In this document: piece after piece, positions 32,072-47,000 of the stretch
Numbering within the stretch: the first letter of the stretch is position 1
Layout of the letters: the number at the start of each line of letters is the position of its first letter
Assembly: GCF_021869535.1 (NCBI RefSeq)
Contig: NW_026262637.1
Span: 30,566,001 to 30,630,000, forward strand
From: Mytilus californianus
Taxonomy: Eukaryota
Reading direction: 5' to 3'
Length of the DNA: 64,000 bases
Notes under the pieces: model-generated
Databases searched by the model: none
What the model saw: the letters and a program-made list of their open reading frames with translations, nothing else
What the model was told of the DNA's origin: nothing
Program-made: the position numbers and the translations under genes

Positions 32072-35000
32072 ATGGATGAACGGCATTGGTGGATCGCTGG
32101 AAAGATCCAGGAAAGTTTCAAAATTGGTGGATATGACAACCCTACTCTCCTTGAAGATTTTATGACCGAGCAAAATAATCTTAACAAAATAAACAAATTT
32201 CTAAAAGCAGGGGGGCCATGTAGATTGTTTTTCTACTGTGAAAAATTGCCTGAAGGAGAATTGGCAACCAGTCATTTACATGTGACTGGCACACTTGCGT
32301 CGCTGAAAGATGCCAACTTGGACCAGTTGAATGTGTTGTATTTCTTGAGGAATAGAGTTGACAAAGATGTTGATCCAACAAGGATGGAAAGAGATATTTT
32401 CTGCGGTGAACTTAAGCATAATACCATGGAAACACTTACATCATTATTATCAGAAGTTTACATACCATTAATTAAAGCACAGAAAGAATGGGGAGAATGC
32501 AACAATGAAAGCCAAAATAACTTGACTCATAGTATGGATAAATTCCTTACAGCTTTAAATGAATCAACAGCATCCATGGCTAGTTCAAAACAATTGGTAA
32601 AAATAATTTACATTAAATTATATCATGATTATAAAACTTACATGACTTAAGAATTGACATCTCAAAGTGAATATCTTCACATCACATTAATGTCCTATGA
32701 CATGTAATGATGTTTTCCCTTAAAGACCCCAGGTTAACTGGGGCATTTCATTCATTAAACAGAAACTAGAAACTTGTCTATATAATAGCCTTCGCTATTT
32801 TGGTAACTACGACACTTGAACTATTGCCATCATTTATACAACGATCACTTTTCTTTTGTGGTGTCAAAAATTTTCTCTTGTTTGGTCAAAATTTTACAGG
32901 AATGTATCTGGCTTGTCTGTTGTTGAGTAATGGCTGACAAATAGAGAGAAGGTATATTACCCATTTTCTCTCAATACATTGGTACATTCATATCACTAAA
33001 GAGATTTTGGCCTTCTGTTACTTAGGTGTCATAATTATTGTTATATTTGACTCATACTGTGCATGTACTGATTTCATGTCGTGGATGGATACCAAACCCA
33101 TACCATTTGTTTTTCTATTTGATAATTTTTTTACAGTTACATAATGTAGGTTTTTTTCATTTTTTTAAAGGATTAGGGGCAATAAGGCCCTTATTTGACC
33201 CCAATATACTGGTGTAAATTAAAAAGTAACCATACATGTAAAATTGTTCTTAAATTTGTCCTTAACTATACTAAGGTACAAGGTGTTTAGAAAATAAAAC
33301 AAATTTCACATTTAAAGAGTTACCATGACAACATGCTGAAGTGCAGAGCTCCAAATTGTACATGTATGATTTGAAGTTGATAGCAAATTATTTATAGCAG
33401 TAAACATTAGAATTTATTATACTTCATGTCAAAATGACAGATTTTGATTGGTTATAATACGAGGGAGAGAATTTACTTTATCCCATGGCAAATACTCTTT
33501 TACCCTTCACGGAGACGCTTGCTCAAGTGTGCGCTTTAATAAATACAGATGATTGTTATGTACAAGATGACATAGTTTATTACTTTGAATTTGAAATTTA
33601 ATAGACATTAATAACTGAACATTCAGTATAATAAATTAAATAACACATATCTGAGAGAGTGATAGAGCAGATTGTTACCCCTCGAAAAGACAATGTCAAC
33701 CTTGGCTTCGCCTCAGTTGACAATGTTTTCTCGGGGAAACAATCTGCTCTATCACCCTCTCAGCTATGTGTTATTTATATATTGGTACACAATTATTTCA
33801 AGCTGAACATTGGAATGAGATCTAGTCAACCTTATTTTAATAATTAATATTAGATTAACAGGAACTTTTATGACAGAAATTAACCATGTCTCTATTTTTT
33901 TTTTTTTTTAGATGCTGAAGCAGCCAGAAAATGTGATTTTGAATGACTTTAAGATGCAAAGACAAGCAGCATTAGATACACAGCTGATTGGCCAGTATGA
34001 AGAATTGGTAACTGATTGGATGAACACAATAGAAACTATTTTGAGTGACACATCAGATGAAAGGTACATAATTGTAATTTGGCATTCTTTAAATCATCAC
34101 TTCATCTGGATTTTACACCAATGTTTTAAAGTTTTTTTGCACACAAAAAAGTGAGTTGCCATACATTTATGACCAGTCATGTAACATGCATTTTTATTGG
34201 ACTTTTGATTTACTTATTAATGCAATATTTAAATATTTCTTGGAAAGGGGAGTCTGATGAAAATTGTTTACATCTCACTGTTATTGTTGAACTGGTGAAT
34301 TAAAAATTCATTTCACTGTACTTTGTACAATAAACTTTCATGTAAAGTTCAAAAGTTAAATATTAAACCTTTTAACTGAAAACTAACTGGAAACAATCTG
34401 TTTTCAAATATAACCATTCATTAAAGAGATACTATTTAACAACAGAAGTGTAAATCATTCAAGTTTTGAGACTAATAGACAAGAAAGCTTCTTTAAATGT
34501 AGCATAATCCCCATCTGCTTTAGGGGTACTTTTATATTTACAATGTATGTAAAAAGCTTTGATTTAAAGAATAGCATCATTTTCTTATCTTCTTGCTTGA
34601 AACTGATCTTGACTTTCTCTACTAGGAAAGTGGCTTTCCCTGATGAGCCAGCAAGGTGATTGTTTTTCTAACTTGTAGAAGTAGTTTTCATTCTAATATA
34701 CCATAATTGTGCTATTTGTATAATGTGTAGATTTTACAGCAATATTTTTTCCATTACAAGTCATTGATGAGGGACATGCACCAAATGGTAGAATATTAGT
34801 AATCAGGTTTCTTAATTCATACTTAGCAATAGACAAACAATACCAAGATTGAAAATCAGACATTTTTGGGTAAACTGTATTTATATATAATTGATTATGT
34901 TCAGAAAATGAAGAGCATTCAATGTATCTATTTTGACAGAAGCCGTTCATATAAGTCAAAAATTGTTCAATATTGTATACCGTTTTTATTAGAAATCTTT

Positions 35001-38000
35001 TTCAAAGTCTGTTATCTTTCTTCACAAAGATGACTTCATTTATATTGCACATACAATTATTGATAATTTGAAAGAAAATTATTTGGAAAAATTGATACAA
35101 GATGTAGCAATATATTTTTTTTACAATTTACCGGTTGTCAGAAAAGTATATGAAATCTTTATTTTTTAGATGTGACTAATTTTATTTCTACCATTGGACA
35201 TGAAATCACATCAAAATTAATCTAAAATATTATAAGTTCACATGTAAATTTTGCTTATCTATATATATATATATGCTAAATAAATACATAACCTGATATA
35301 AGTTCATCATATAACATAGAAAATAAGTCATGTTTATTTGAACAACATAAACATTTTTAGTATATGATGGATTTGATGGAGTTTTTGGGTCATTTCTTTA
35401 GAACTCACGTAAAACTCTTTTAAATTCATATATTTAGTGGAAAATGTAGGACCAGAATATATCCACACTGTGATTTAGGAATGTACAACATGTGCTGTAT
35501 AGTTACAGAATTTGTTCCCTCAGGTCAATTGAATGAGGATTAAGGATCCTTGCAACTTGCCTAACTAGATGAGTCCTGGACTCTTCTGTTTCATTTACTG
35601 GTTTGACACACCAAAATTTTCAAAATGTTTTTTATAGTGGCTGATTTTTAAAATATTATCATAAATATCTTCTGGACTAATACTATTTAAGACCATACCT
35701 TGACCCCTTTAGTTTTAGATTTCAGCACTTCCCTCCCTGTAGTAAATAATATATATGTACATGTAATCTGTATTATTTAGTATGTCATTACTTATATGAG
35801 AGAAGTATTGATGAATTATTTCAAACTCTTAAATGAAGTTTATTTTGTGAATCTTTGATTAATATAGATTTGATCCTTTTTCTTTACTCTGATAATAGTA
35901 AAACAAATACGAGAAGTGATGCAAACAGCTGGATCAATTTAAGGTTGGAATGTTTCTGGCACTTGTGATGGGGCGAGTTGCTGTTTTGATGTGATAGACA
36001 AAGATAATATGATAAATTTTTTTGGCTGTATAAAGTGTCTAGTATAGAATATAAAAAAAAAATTCTCCTCCAAAGATTACTGTTTTGAAGTGAAATGACA
36101 ATTAACTTTCAAAATGTTTTCACATAGTCTGTTATGAAGTTTGAAGTAGCATTTTTATACAAGAAAATAGATTCTATTTTATATTTCCAATGCCTCTGAA
36201 TATGAATGATAGAATTTCCGTCAATTATTATCTTAAGATTAATGTTAAATGTAATTAATAAAGGCATACTAATTATTGATATTCCTATAATTATTGTTCG
36301 AAAATAAGTATATGGAACAATAAACTTTGATTGAAGGACTTCTCTGCCAAAGGAAAATTATGTAATTGAAAAATTGTGGACTTTTTCAAAACATTTTTAA
36401 TAATTATTATGTGTGTCTAACCTATGCATTTTTGGTGTTCCTTGATTAACATTATGATTAAGATTGTTATGCTAGGAGCTAGGTTAACCAGTGTTAAGCA
36501 ATGCTTTGTAGTAGATTTTTTTACTTAACTTGATAGGTGTTATATACATGTAGGATACTCTTTTAATTGTTAACATAAGATAATCCTCATTTGGTGAGAT
36601 TTTCATCACATTTACTATTGTTTTTTAAGTGGAGAATCATTATTTCTGGACCTTAGTTATTTTGAAGAGAGGTAAGACCAGGGTGAAGATTTGTAGAATT
36701 ATTTTGATTCCCTTGTAGAATGACACTGACCTAGCCAGATTTATACCATGTTTTAATATCCAGAAATGGTCGATTAAAGTGGGAGTATTGTTATAAAGAA
36801 TAGAAGTTCAAGCTTGTAAAAATATTATCTTTATCATTAGTTTAGGAACACTTATAAACATGTAATATATCTTTGTATGCTGATATTTAGATTAAAATTT
36901 TCTTCACACAAAAAGTATTTATCTGCAAAATATCACTATACATTTACTTCAACAGATGTTCCAATAAAAAAAAAAAATTCATGTAAATAAATTTTGAACA
37001 TTTTATAAATCTGGTCCTAGAGTAAGATTCTGTCATTATTGAGTGGTAGTTTATTTAGACACAAAGATTAGTTTTACCTCAGTTTATCCATGCTACAAGT
37101 ATCTGAAGTAATACCCCTTGGAAACTATTTTGTTTTATTATGAAATGTGGTGCATTTTTAGTCATTTTTGGTTAAATCTCTAGAAGAGACGAAATAAGAT
37201 TTTAGTGTTTTGGTTAAAAAATCATTTGTTTATCTTTGTTTAGATTTTAATTTGACAGTGGAAGGTTGTTTTTTTATTCATCTAATAATCTAATATTATT
37301 TCATTTGATTTCACCAAATGTTTAGTTTCTTGATATTTTGCCTTGATATTTTTGAATTTTGGAGAATATGGCCTGTCAGATATTCTAGATATTACTGGCT
37401 CTTTCATCTACTGTCTAAGGTTTTCTGGATTTTACAAATTTTTACTGTTTTTTTTTGCTCGATTAATCATAGTGCTTTTTAAAAAGGATTTCTGTAGATG
37501 GAAACCAGTCTTCAAAATTAACTGGATGCCCAAGACCCATACCAGCAGTAGATAAGTAATCAGTTGTCATATTATGAATATGTTGACTTTTACAATAGAA
37601 CATGTGCTGTAATGATTTACAACAAATTGCAGATCTATGACTTTTAAAATCTTTTAAAGCATGAGGTGCATTTAAAATTTAAATAATATAGAATTTGAAA
37701 GTTTTGTGATAAATATCAACATACTAACAGTTGATCACACTAAAATTTTGTTCTTAGCAATTACTGGGTTGTAACATTTAGGAATATTTAAGTAAAGTCA
37801 AGTTCCAAAGCTTTAAAATCAAATTTTTTTTCAATCATTATATACTTGATAATATCATAAAACTTACACAAATTTGAAGTAGAATTGAATGGTGAATTTA
37901 GAAAAGGTACATGTAGATAAACCAACAACCAATGCCATCTTCCCTAGGAGAGCTTATAATGAAGCTATTTGATTATATATGTGATTCTGGCCACATGGTT

Positions 38001-41000
38001 TTTATAGCAGTATTTTGCTTAAGTTTTTACAGTCTGATACAAGTGAGGTGCATTTTTTATCATTGTTTTAGAAAAGTAATGCTTTTATTTAACACACATG
38101 TTTTATTGTATCTGGTATCTTAAAGGATTTTATTCATGTGATGTTGAGTCGTTGTGTTGTTTTGGTGAGAAAGCTTTTTAATCCAGAAAAACGTTTGATC
38201 ATGAAGTCTTGGGGTATTTACAAATATATTTTTAGCATTCAAAACATGAAATAGAAATAATCCTGAAGATTGAATATTTTAGATTTATGGACCCCAATGC
38301 TGGACCTCTATCTGAGTTGGAGAGATGGCGTAGACGTCAGAGGTTGTTGACCAGTATTACAGAGCAGTTAAAGAGTAAGGAATGTAAAGCTGTTATTGGT
38401 GTACTCATCACTGCCAAATCTAGACTGCTGAAGAAATGGAAAGTTGTTGATGCTTCGTAAGTATTTGAAAAGGTTTTGTAAAGTTGATCATTCAGGACAT
38501 ATATGACATTTAAAGGTTATTTATGTTGTAGATAAGATAATATGGCATTATTGAGTTGTCAAAAGAACTGAATTTCACCACAATATTTTGACATCAGATT
38601 TTTTTCTGTACGGAATATTTTTCAGTCTCCAAATTTGTTGATAAAGTAAGTTTTAAAGTCTGCAAGCATAGCTTCTAAGCCTTTCAAAATCACTTTGGAA
38701 ATAAAATTAAAAAAAAAAAACAGTGACTCTTTTGAAAAAAAAATGAAATCAATAATTTATTGTATGCTATAATGGTATGTTCATGACTGAAGAATATTTT
38801 AACATAACAGCTCTTTGAATTTGATACATAGTTGGATTATTGAAAATGACCCATATATTAAAAAAAAAAGATCTATTATTGTCAATTAACTCCAATCATG
38901 TGGTAAATCTTATACATATGAATGAAATTTTTGATGTTATCTTTTGTAAGAAAAATTATCTGTTTACATTTTCATTGAATTTTACAGAATTACAGATGCC
39001 ATGAATGATACCAAAGACAAAGTGAAGTATTTGGAATCCCTTAGACGTCATTTTGATCAGCTCTACCATGATGCAACACCTGCTTCAATTATAAACAATG
39101 CTATCCCAGGAATCACAAACAGTGTTCGACAGATGGATTCCATTTCCAGGTACTATGCCAGGACAGGGTTTCTTGGTATAGTATTTACAAAAATAACCAA
39201 TCAGTTAGTATTAGCTTGTAAAGAATATATTAGGAATTTTACCAGTAATGTATATGATGAAGATGAACTTTGGGGGAGGATAGCCGAGGAAATCAAACAC
39301 AGAGAACTTCTATCAACTGTTGATCCACAACAGAGATTACTAAGGAGTCAAGTGGAGTCAAAACTAAAGGTACAGTTTAATACTTTCCTTTTAACAACAG
39401 GAACCTTTTATTTTTTATAAATCTATGTGTATGAGTGAGATTTGTAGATTTCTATAAAGTACTGTTGTAGAAGAAACACGAATAAAGGCCTTTTCTGAAA
39501 GGCAGATTGTTCATTTTTTTGTCATCAAATAATGAAGAAGAAAAAAACGAAAATTAAGAAATATATATCTTAAAAGTTAGACATATTTTAAAAAAATGAG
39601 AGTTAAGATGTTAGTCAATGACTTTATTTGAAATTCCTGTATATATCATATTTGTTCTTTAGGGAGGTATGCAGAGAAGTAAAACCAAAGAAGGAAAAGA
39701 TCTAGGATTACAAGATGATAGTCTGTATGGTCGTCTGAGGGCATGCCTGTCATTACAAGGCTTTTACAGGGACACACTTCGCTCATTAAAAGATGCTCTG
39801 GGACAGTCACAGAACTTGTCACACTTCCCTTCCATCAGTAGTATGGGAGGCTTGGGTTCTGTTAAGTAAGTTATTGTTCAAGTTCACGTTTGATTTTTAG
39901 TTTAAACATATTTTATTTGTTCAAGTACAAATTGGATAAGACACAAGTCAAACAGACTTATGAAGTCTTCTCCATTCAACATTTATAGCAATATAATACA
40001 AAATATATGTATGAGCATGCATGTATAGAATGGTATATCTATTTAATATATATATATATATATATATGGATTTATGTCAAAAGACAGAAAAGTGAAGACA
40101 GAAAGAAAACAATAATACAGAAAAAATAAATAAATGAATATTTAGAAAACAAAAACAAAAAATAAAATACAAATTAAACAAAAAAAAAAAAGAAAAAAAA
40201 AGGAAGACTTTTACTTAGATGATGATGTGTGTGCGATCATGGTTTGCTATCTAGACAATTAGAAATCTTTCCGAACTTTTAATAAACTCGAAGACATTTT
40301 TGAAAATGGTTTGGTTTTGCTCTAGAGAAAGAAGACAACTACCCGAGGTTAGTAGTTCTATGTTAATTTTACAATCTTTTGGAAGCCAGCGCAGACTTTC
40401 AAACATTTTATTTCGTATGTCTGAATATAATATACATTTAAAAAAGAAATGATAGGAATCTTCACGATTAACACCACAGCGGCAAGAAGGGTCAGAAATA
40501 ATATTGACCCTATATAGATCATAGTTTAAGGATGATGCAAAACATCGAAGTTGGGTTAGAATAATATTCAGTTTTCGAATTCCAAACTCATATTGCTTCT
40601 GTACAAATATGTTACTCTGAGGGTAAAGTTTTTTTAGTTCAGTTTTAAATTTATTTATTGATTCCGCATCACGAGTTGAATCATCAAGATTATTCCAAAG
40701 ACGTATGGTTGATGGAATAAATGAATCATTAGTCAATGCTAGTCTGCAGAATGGAATAACGATGTCATTTCCATTGCGTAGAGGATAGACCGTCATACTT
40801 TGGATTTTTGGGGGAATTAAATTTGTCAAATATTCTGGAACATTATTTTTTTGAATATTATAAAACATTTGAATTTTTCTTCTCTCTCTTCTTTCAGCTA
40901 ATGTTTCCCATCCAAGTTCTTCATAAATAACCCTTGAGCTTGTGAATATAGGTAACCCCGTAACTATTCTAGCAGCTTGGAGCTGTAATTGTTCCAGTTT

Positions 41001-44000
41001 ATTGATATAACCTACCCCAATGTTATCCCAAACTTCACTGGCATACTCAAATAAAGGTCTTATAAAAACTAAATATAGTTTTTCTAAATTTTTTCTGCTC
41101 AGTTTATATTTCAACTTCCTTAGCATATTTATATGTTTAGATGTGCTTAAGATAATATTATCAACGTGGACATTCCATTTAGCATCATTGCTAAATGTAA
41201 CCCCTAAATGTTTATGAATATTTGTAATAGGTATATTTTTATCATTGAATATAAAGTTCATTTCTGGGATTTCAACATTAGAAAATAACATAATTTCTGT
41301 TTTATCTGGATTAAAAGACATTAACCATTTTTTGGACCATTCGTTCAGCTTTTCCAGATCATGGTTTATCACAGTTTCTATCTGCAATGCATCACGATCC
41401 GCACAGCTGAACGACGTGTCATCTGCAAAGAGTCTGCACAGAGAAATAAGGCTTTCTGCAATATCATTAATATATATTATAAAAAGTAATGGTCCAAGGA
41501 CCGACCCTTGAGGGACACCAGCTGAAATACTGCAAAGTTTTGAAGAAGATTGCTTGATAACCACTCTTTGTTTTCTATCACTTAGGTAGCTTCTAAACCA
41601 TTTTAACAGATTTCCATTTATACCATAAGCCTTCATTTTATGTAATAAACCATCATGCCAAACTTTATCAAAGGCTTTGGAGAAATCGCAAAAAACAAAA
41701 CAACTTATCTCTTTCTTTTCAAGTGAGTTCAATATGCAATTATATATTTCTAACAGTTGGTGAACCGTTGAACATTTAGGAAGAAAACCCGATTGATACT
41801 CATAAATTAACTTATTTCTTTGTAAGTGGTTGTAAACATATTTATATATAACACGTTCCATGACTTTGCCTATGCAACTAATGAGTGATATAGGTCTATA
41901 ATTGGAAGGTAATGAACTATCCCCCTTTTTAAATAAGGCTATAACATTTGAAATTTTCCAGCTGGATGGATACTTGCACTGCTGCAAGGATTTATTAAAT
42001 ATTATACAACACGTTTGATCTTATGCATATACAATCAACACATAAAAAGGTTTAAGATATATGCTTCCTTTTTAATACAATCTTATAAAGCAAACAAAAT
42101 TTCCTTGTATCAACCTCAATTTGAGGGTGAAGTTTTGAGCCTAGTAGAAAAATAGTATGTTTATGACAAGTGCACAAGAATAAAAATTCAAACAAAACAT
42201 TTTCACTCTTTCAGGATAAAGAAAATTATTCATTGATTGAATTTCATTTTATACTTTTCATTATGAATTTTTTTCAGATCAAAACCAGGCACTAGTGATA
42301 AATCCCGTGGAAGTAGTTTAATGGTATCACCAAAGAAAGGAATATCTGCTCTGGATACCCAAGGTCATGGCGTGTCAATAGCTGATGATGATGCTGTAAT
42401 GTCACATATGGACTCTTTCTGTACACGGATTAAACAGCTGATAGACGTCATCAATACCCTCTCTCAGTACAACAAGTAAGTTATGTAGGAAAACATTTGC
42501 ATACATAAACCAGCTGATAGATGTCATCAATACACTGTCTCAGTACAAGAAGTAAGTTATGCAAGAAATCATTTGCATCCATAAAACAGCTGATAACTCT
42601 CTCAGTACAACAAGTAAGCTATACATGAAATCATTTGCATAGATTAAAAATTTGATAGATGTCATCAATACCCTGTCTGTTAAGTAAATAATGCATTGAA
42701 TGATATTCACACATAAAAGATCTGATTGATGTTAACATGTTTCCTCAGCACAATAGCTTGGTCAAGTAAGTTACACATGGAACAATTTGCACTCATGAAA
42801 TGTCTGATTAGTGTCATCAACACGCTATTTCTGCACAAGTAAGTTTTTACATGGAATCAGTGCATACATAACACATCTGATTGATGTCACTAACATAAAA
42901 TTCATGCAATTAGCAAGGTATGCATAGATTCATTTTATGTTCATGAAATAACATCAATATCAACAACACAATTTCTATGTACAATATTAAAGTAAGTTTA
43001 TATTCAGTTCTCAAAATCAGATGAAGTATGTTTAAAAATTGATAGCTCTCCTCTATATTAATACAAATTGGCGGATATAAAGTTTTCAAATCTGACACAA
43101 GGGGAGGCAGATTGCATGACATTTGTATGAATATAAAAAAGAACTTCTTTTGTTTTGTAATCTGCTTAAACTTTCCCTTGAAATTCATCCTCTGCTTCAT
43201 GAAAATTTAATATTCAAAACCTTGACATGTCACATTTTGTACACAGTTGCTATTTCCTATTCTTATAGATAATGTACACTTACATAAAATTTATATTGTT
43301 TTATTAAGTTTTTATTAATTTTTAAAAAGTTTTGAGACCTTGTTATTTTTCCAGGATGGTTACTTTGACAGCTGGTATGCCTAGACTGAGGAAAGATGAT
43401 TTTGTATTTGAAGATGAAACAGAGAAAGAAGAATACAAGTATAGAAAGCGACAACAAGAAGCCAGAAAGGCATTAGGTTTGATATTTTTTCTGCATTTAT
43501 TTTATGACATTCTCTGATAATTGGTTGTCTCTCTTTAAAACCAGATGATACAGAAATCACAATAATTGAAAACTGATGTATTGAGTCAAAGAAATGTAAT
43601 GTGAACATATATATTTTTGATCATGGTAATTTTTATGTTGCTTTTATCATCTTTAATTGACAATCTCATATAAGTGGAACATTTATACATGAGAATGATC
43701 TTATATTTTTTTTATTATTCATGCATAAGTTGTATTCAAAAATATATGACAAATCTAATTAAAACAAAATATTGGATAACATTAACATTTTTCCCACTGA
43801 AAAAGTTATATAAAATGAAAAGTGAAACTTCATCAATTTACAATTTCACGAAATAAGAATATTCCTTATATTCACACTTGTTCTTTTCTTTGTAAGTAAT
43901 TTATGAAAAAAAGATGATTATAAACATTGGTAACATTTACCTGCATATTTTTTTTCTTGGTGAAGTTAGTATTTTGATTTGAACTGTTTTACAGTAAATT

Positions 44001-47000
44001 GAAATAAAAAGAAGATTTAAAAAAGCTTTGTTTACAAGGGGAATGTAGTATATGGTGTTAGAAACTTTAAAATAAAATATTAGATAGAAAAAATTATTTA
44101 ATGATTGATTTCAGAGAGAGAAGCTGCAGAACAAGAAGAAGCAATGAATGCAGAGAACTCACCTGAGAGGAGTCTAGGGACCATAGCTGAGGATGAAGAT
44201 ACCCCTAACTCTGAAGGATCAAAGACAGATGAAAGGAAAGAAGAAGGAATAACAGCGAGGAATGATGAAGTGTTTGATTCTAAAGATAAAGATAACAATC
44301 AAGGACTTAATGAAGAACAGTTGGCTGTATTAAGTATGTGAACTTATTGCTGTTTCTTGTGGAATACTCCATTATTGACTATTCTGATATGTGCCTACTT
44401 ATGGCACAGTGTTAGCTATTCCTTTTTCTTTAAATCTGTTGTCCTTTTTATAAATTTTCAAAATCTTCTTTCAAACTTCTAGACAGATATCAATGGAATA
44501 TGCCTTGAATTGATTGTTGGTTATTTTTTATTAGTCTATTGTGGCTTCTGATACTGTTAACATTATATAAGTATTGAAATACAAATATTGATATTGTTAT
44601 CTGCAGTAACATGTAACATGAAGAAATGTAAGTGATCTGGTCTTATTGTGGCAACCATTAAAGAAAAGAGTAAGTGGACCAAATACCAACAATAATGACT
44701 GTAGGAGTTTTCGGACAAAATGAGAACTTGAAACTTGAAGGATTAAGTTTTTAGCTGTTTTAACCAAAATGAACTGCATTTTATCTTGTTATAAAAACTA
44801 ATTGAGATATTCTTTTTTTAGGGAAATATTACCCAGAGGATGAGGAGGATGATGGTCCTGGCGTTTCAGCAGTTATTTTAGATCATCTTGATCAGATGAC
44901 TAAAGCTATGTCAGATAATGTAACCACCAAAACCATGTTAGATGTAGAATCAAAGGTGAGAACATGTAGGGAGGTTTGTTTACTGAAAAGGAACATGGAT
45001 TCCTTGAAATTTTTACAATAAAGATTAAAACATGGCTTCATTTGAGATATCTTTATCTTTAATTTTTAAGACCGACATTTCAGATAAATCTTGAACTTTA
45101 AAGGTAAAACACATGAAGAAAAAAAGAAATTATTTTTTATCTTAAAGAAGCAACATTTATTTAATGGGTGCTTTTTGGTAGCATTTCTATGGTGACAGTA
45201 TCACTAAGTTCTTTAAGAAAAGACGACAGAGTAATAACTATGGTGATGACCAGGAGGAAATAGAGGAACATTCGGTATCGATTGATTTATTGTTTTTATA
45301 CAGAATTCAGAGTAATATTTTACAGAATGTTTATGGATTTTCTCTTGAAATCTAAGCTTGTAAGAGGAACAAATCTAGAACTTTGTATGTTTGCTTACTG
45401 AATTGAAATTAAAAAAACTACCAACCAGACATTTTTTTTTTGCATTAAGTTTTTCAAAAAATTTAAGGAAAAATATTTACACAACCAAGGAACTCTTACA
45501 TCTAAGTGAAGATATTTGATATGGCAAACAGGAATATTTTAAGTCTGTTCCTTGTAATATATTACTTTGAATTCAAGAGTTTTTGTATTCTTTATATTTT
45601 TTATGTCAGTTGACTGTTGATTTAAACTTTTGTATTGTTTCTTGTTCTATTTTCTTTTGAATTCTTGTTTTATGATATTTGTTTTCTAGTTATATATCTT
45701 TGAACTGAAAAAAAAGTTTTCATGGTACTTTTTGTTGAACTCATTTTCAACATTTTAAAAGTATTTAACATTATATTAAAAAAACGAAAATGTTTTAGGA
45801 ACTTTTTAATACATTTTAAGGACATTTATTGGTAATTGTATACAATTGGACCATTTCTTTGATTCGATTTCATGGCTTTAGAAAAAAGATGGATATTTTA
45901 TTGTGTGGAAATATTCCTCCAATTTAAATGACTAAATCTTTAAATATTTAAGTAAAGACATCTCTTTGCATTAAATCCATAAAATCAGCTTCTGTCCCAT
46001 AGTTAAAAATGAACTGTACCGTTTTTTCAACAACCTTCCATTGTAGATATATAACAATGACAAATAATATATATTTTCTCAATTAAATCCTGCCAGTTAA
46101 TAGTTAACAAACTGATTGACAATAACAATTAAAAAAAATTGATATATTACAAAACTAGGACCTGTTTTGAAGATTTTGACCTGTTTTAGGAAGAATTAAT
46201 TTTTTATATATATATTTCTTTTACTTTTACAGGATAGAGATAGATTTGATATGTACTACAATAACTTTGCTGAGATAGTTCAGGAACAAGAAAAATTACT
46301 CTCAGCATACCTTAATGTTATCTTCATGAGAAAAATGAAAACACAACAAGGACTTGATATTATTACAAGGTAAGGTTATCAGAGTTAATTTTATAAGTTA
46401 TTTCTTGAAAAAAATACAGCTTTAAAGCGACAGAATAAAACATTGTCAGGTGTTGTTAACAAGAAGAAAAGCATGATGTAACATTCTAATGCAATCTTGA
46501 TGTAACAAGAGTTTTTTTTCATGGCTAGAATTTACTGTTAAATCTACAATTGACATGTAAAGCTGCCATATTGAATTTTCAGAATCCACAAATGTTTCAT
46601 TAATACAACATAATAGAAAATAAAACAATGCCTACCTCAAAAACACCATTTAAATGAGATATTATCCAAATCTGAATCCTACAAGTAACAAAATCACCAT
46701 CAGTTTGTTAATTTTTCATTTGTATGATGGCATGTTTTGCCATGATGTTTATGCTCTAAAATCATTCATGAAGATTCTTTGAATTTTATTTATCTTAAAA
46801 TATATATATTTTTACAAGCTCTAATGTACTATTTCTTTTTGTAATGCATTTAACTAGGAAGAACAGTACTGTAGTTTAAGATTTGATGCAGTCAAATTGC
46901 CAATTGACGAAGACAACTCTTCAACTTCATTACTGTTATTCCTTAATTGGACCCTTCCAATAATTCTGTACAAGTTTTTATATATATCTATTGACAGTAA

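Noticed and set aside
34640-34660. CTGATGAG as a second hammerhead core
   Set aside because: No stem II or GAAA follows. Other GTCGAAA/TTTCGAC sites checked (10688, 15332, 23226, 28608, 48650) lack an upstream CUGANGA.
35868-35897. Possible dynein exon (FDPFSLL)
   Set aside because: In-frame TGA in the required phase, and a weak donor.
43544-43580. Possible dynein exon after AACCAG
   Set aside because: In-frame TGA in the required phase 1.
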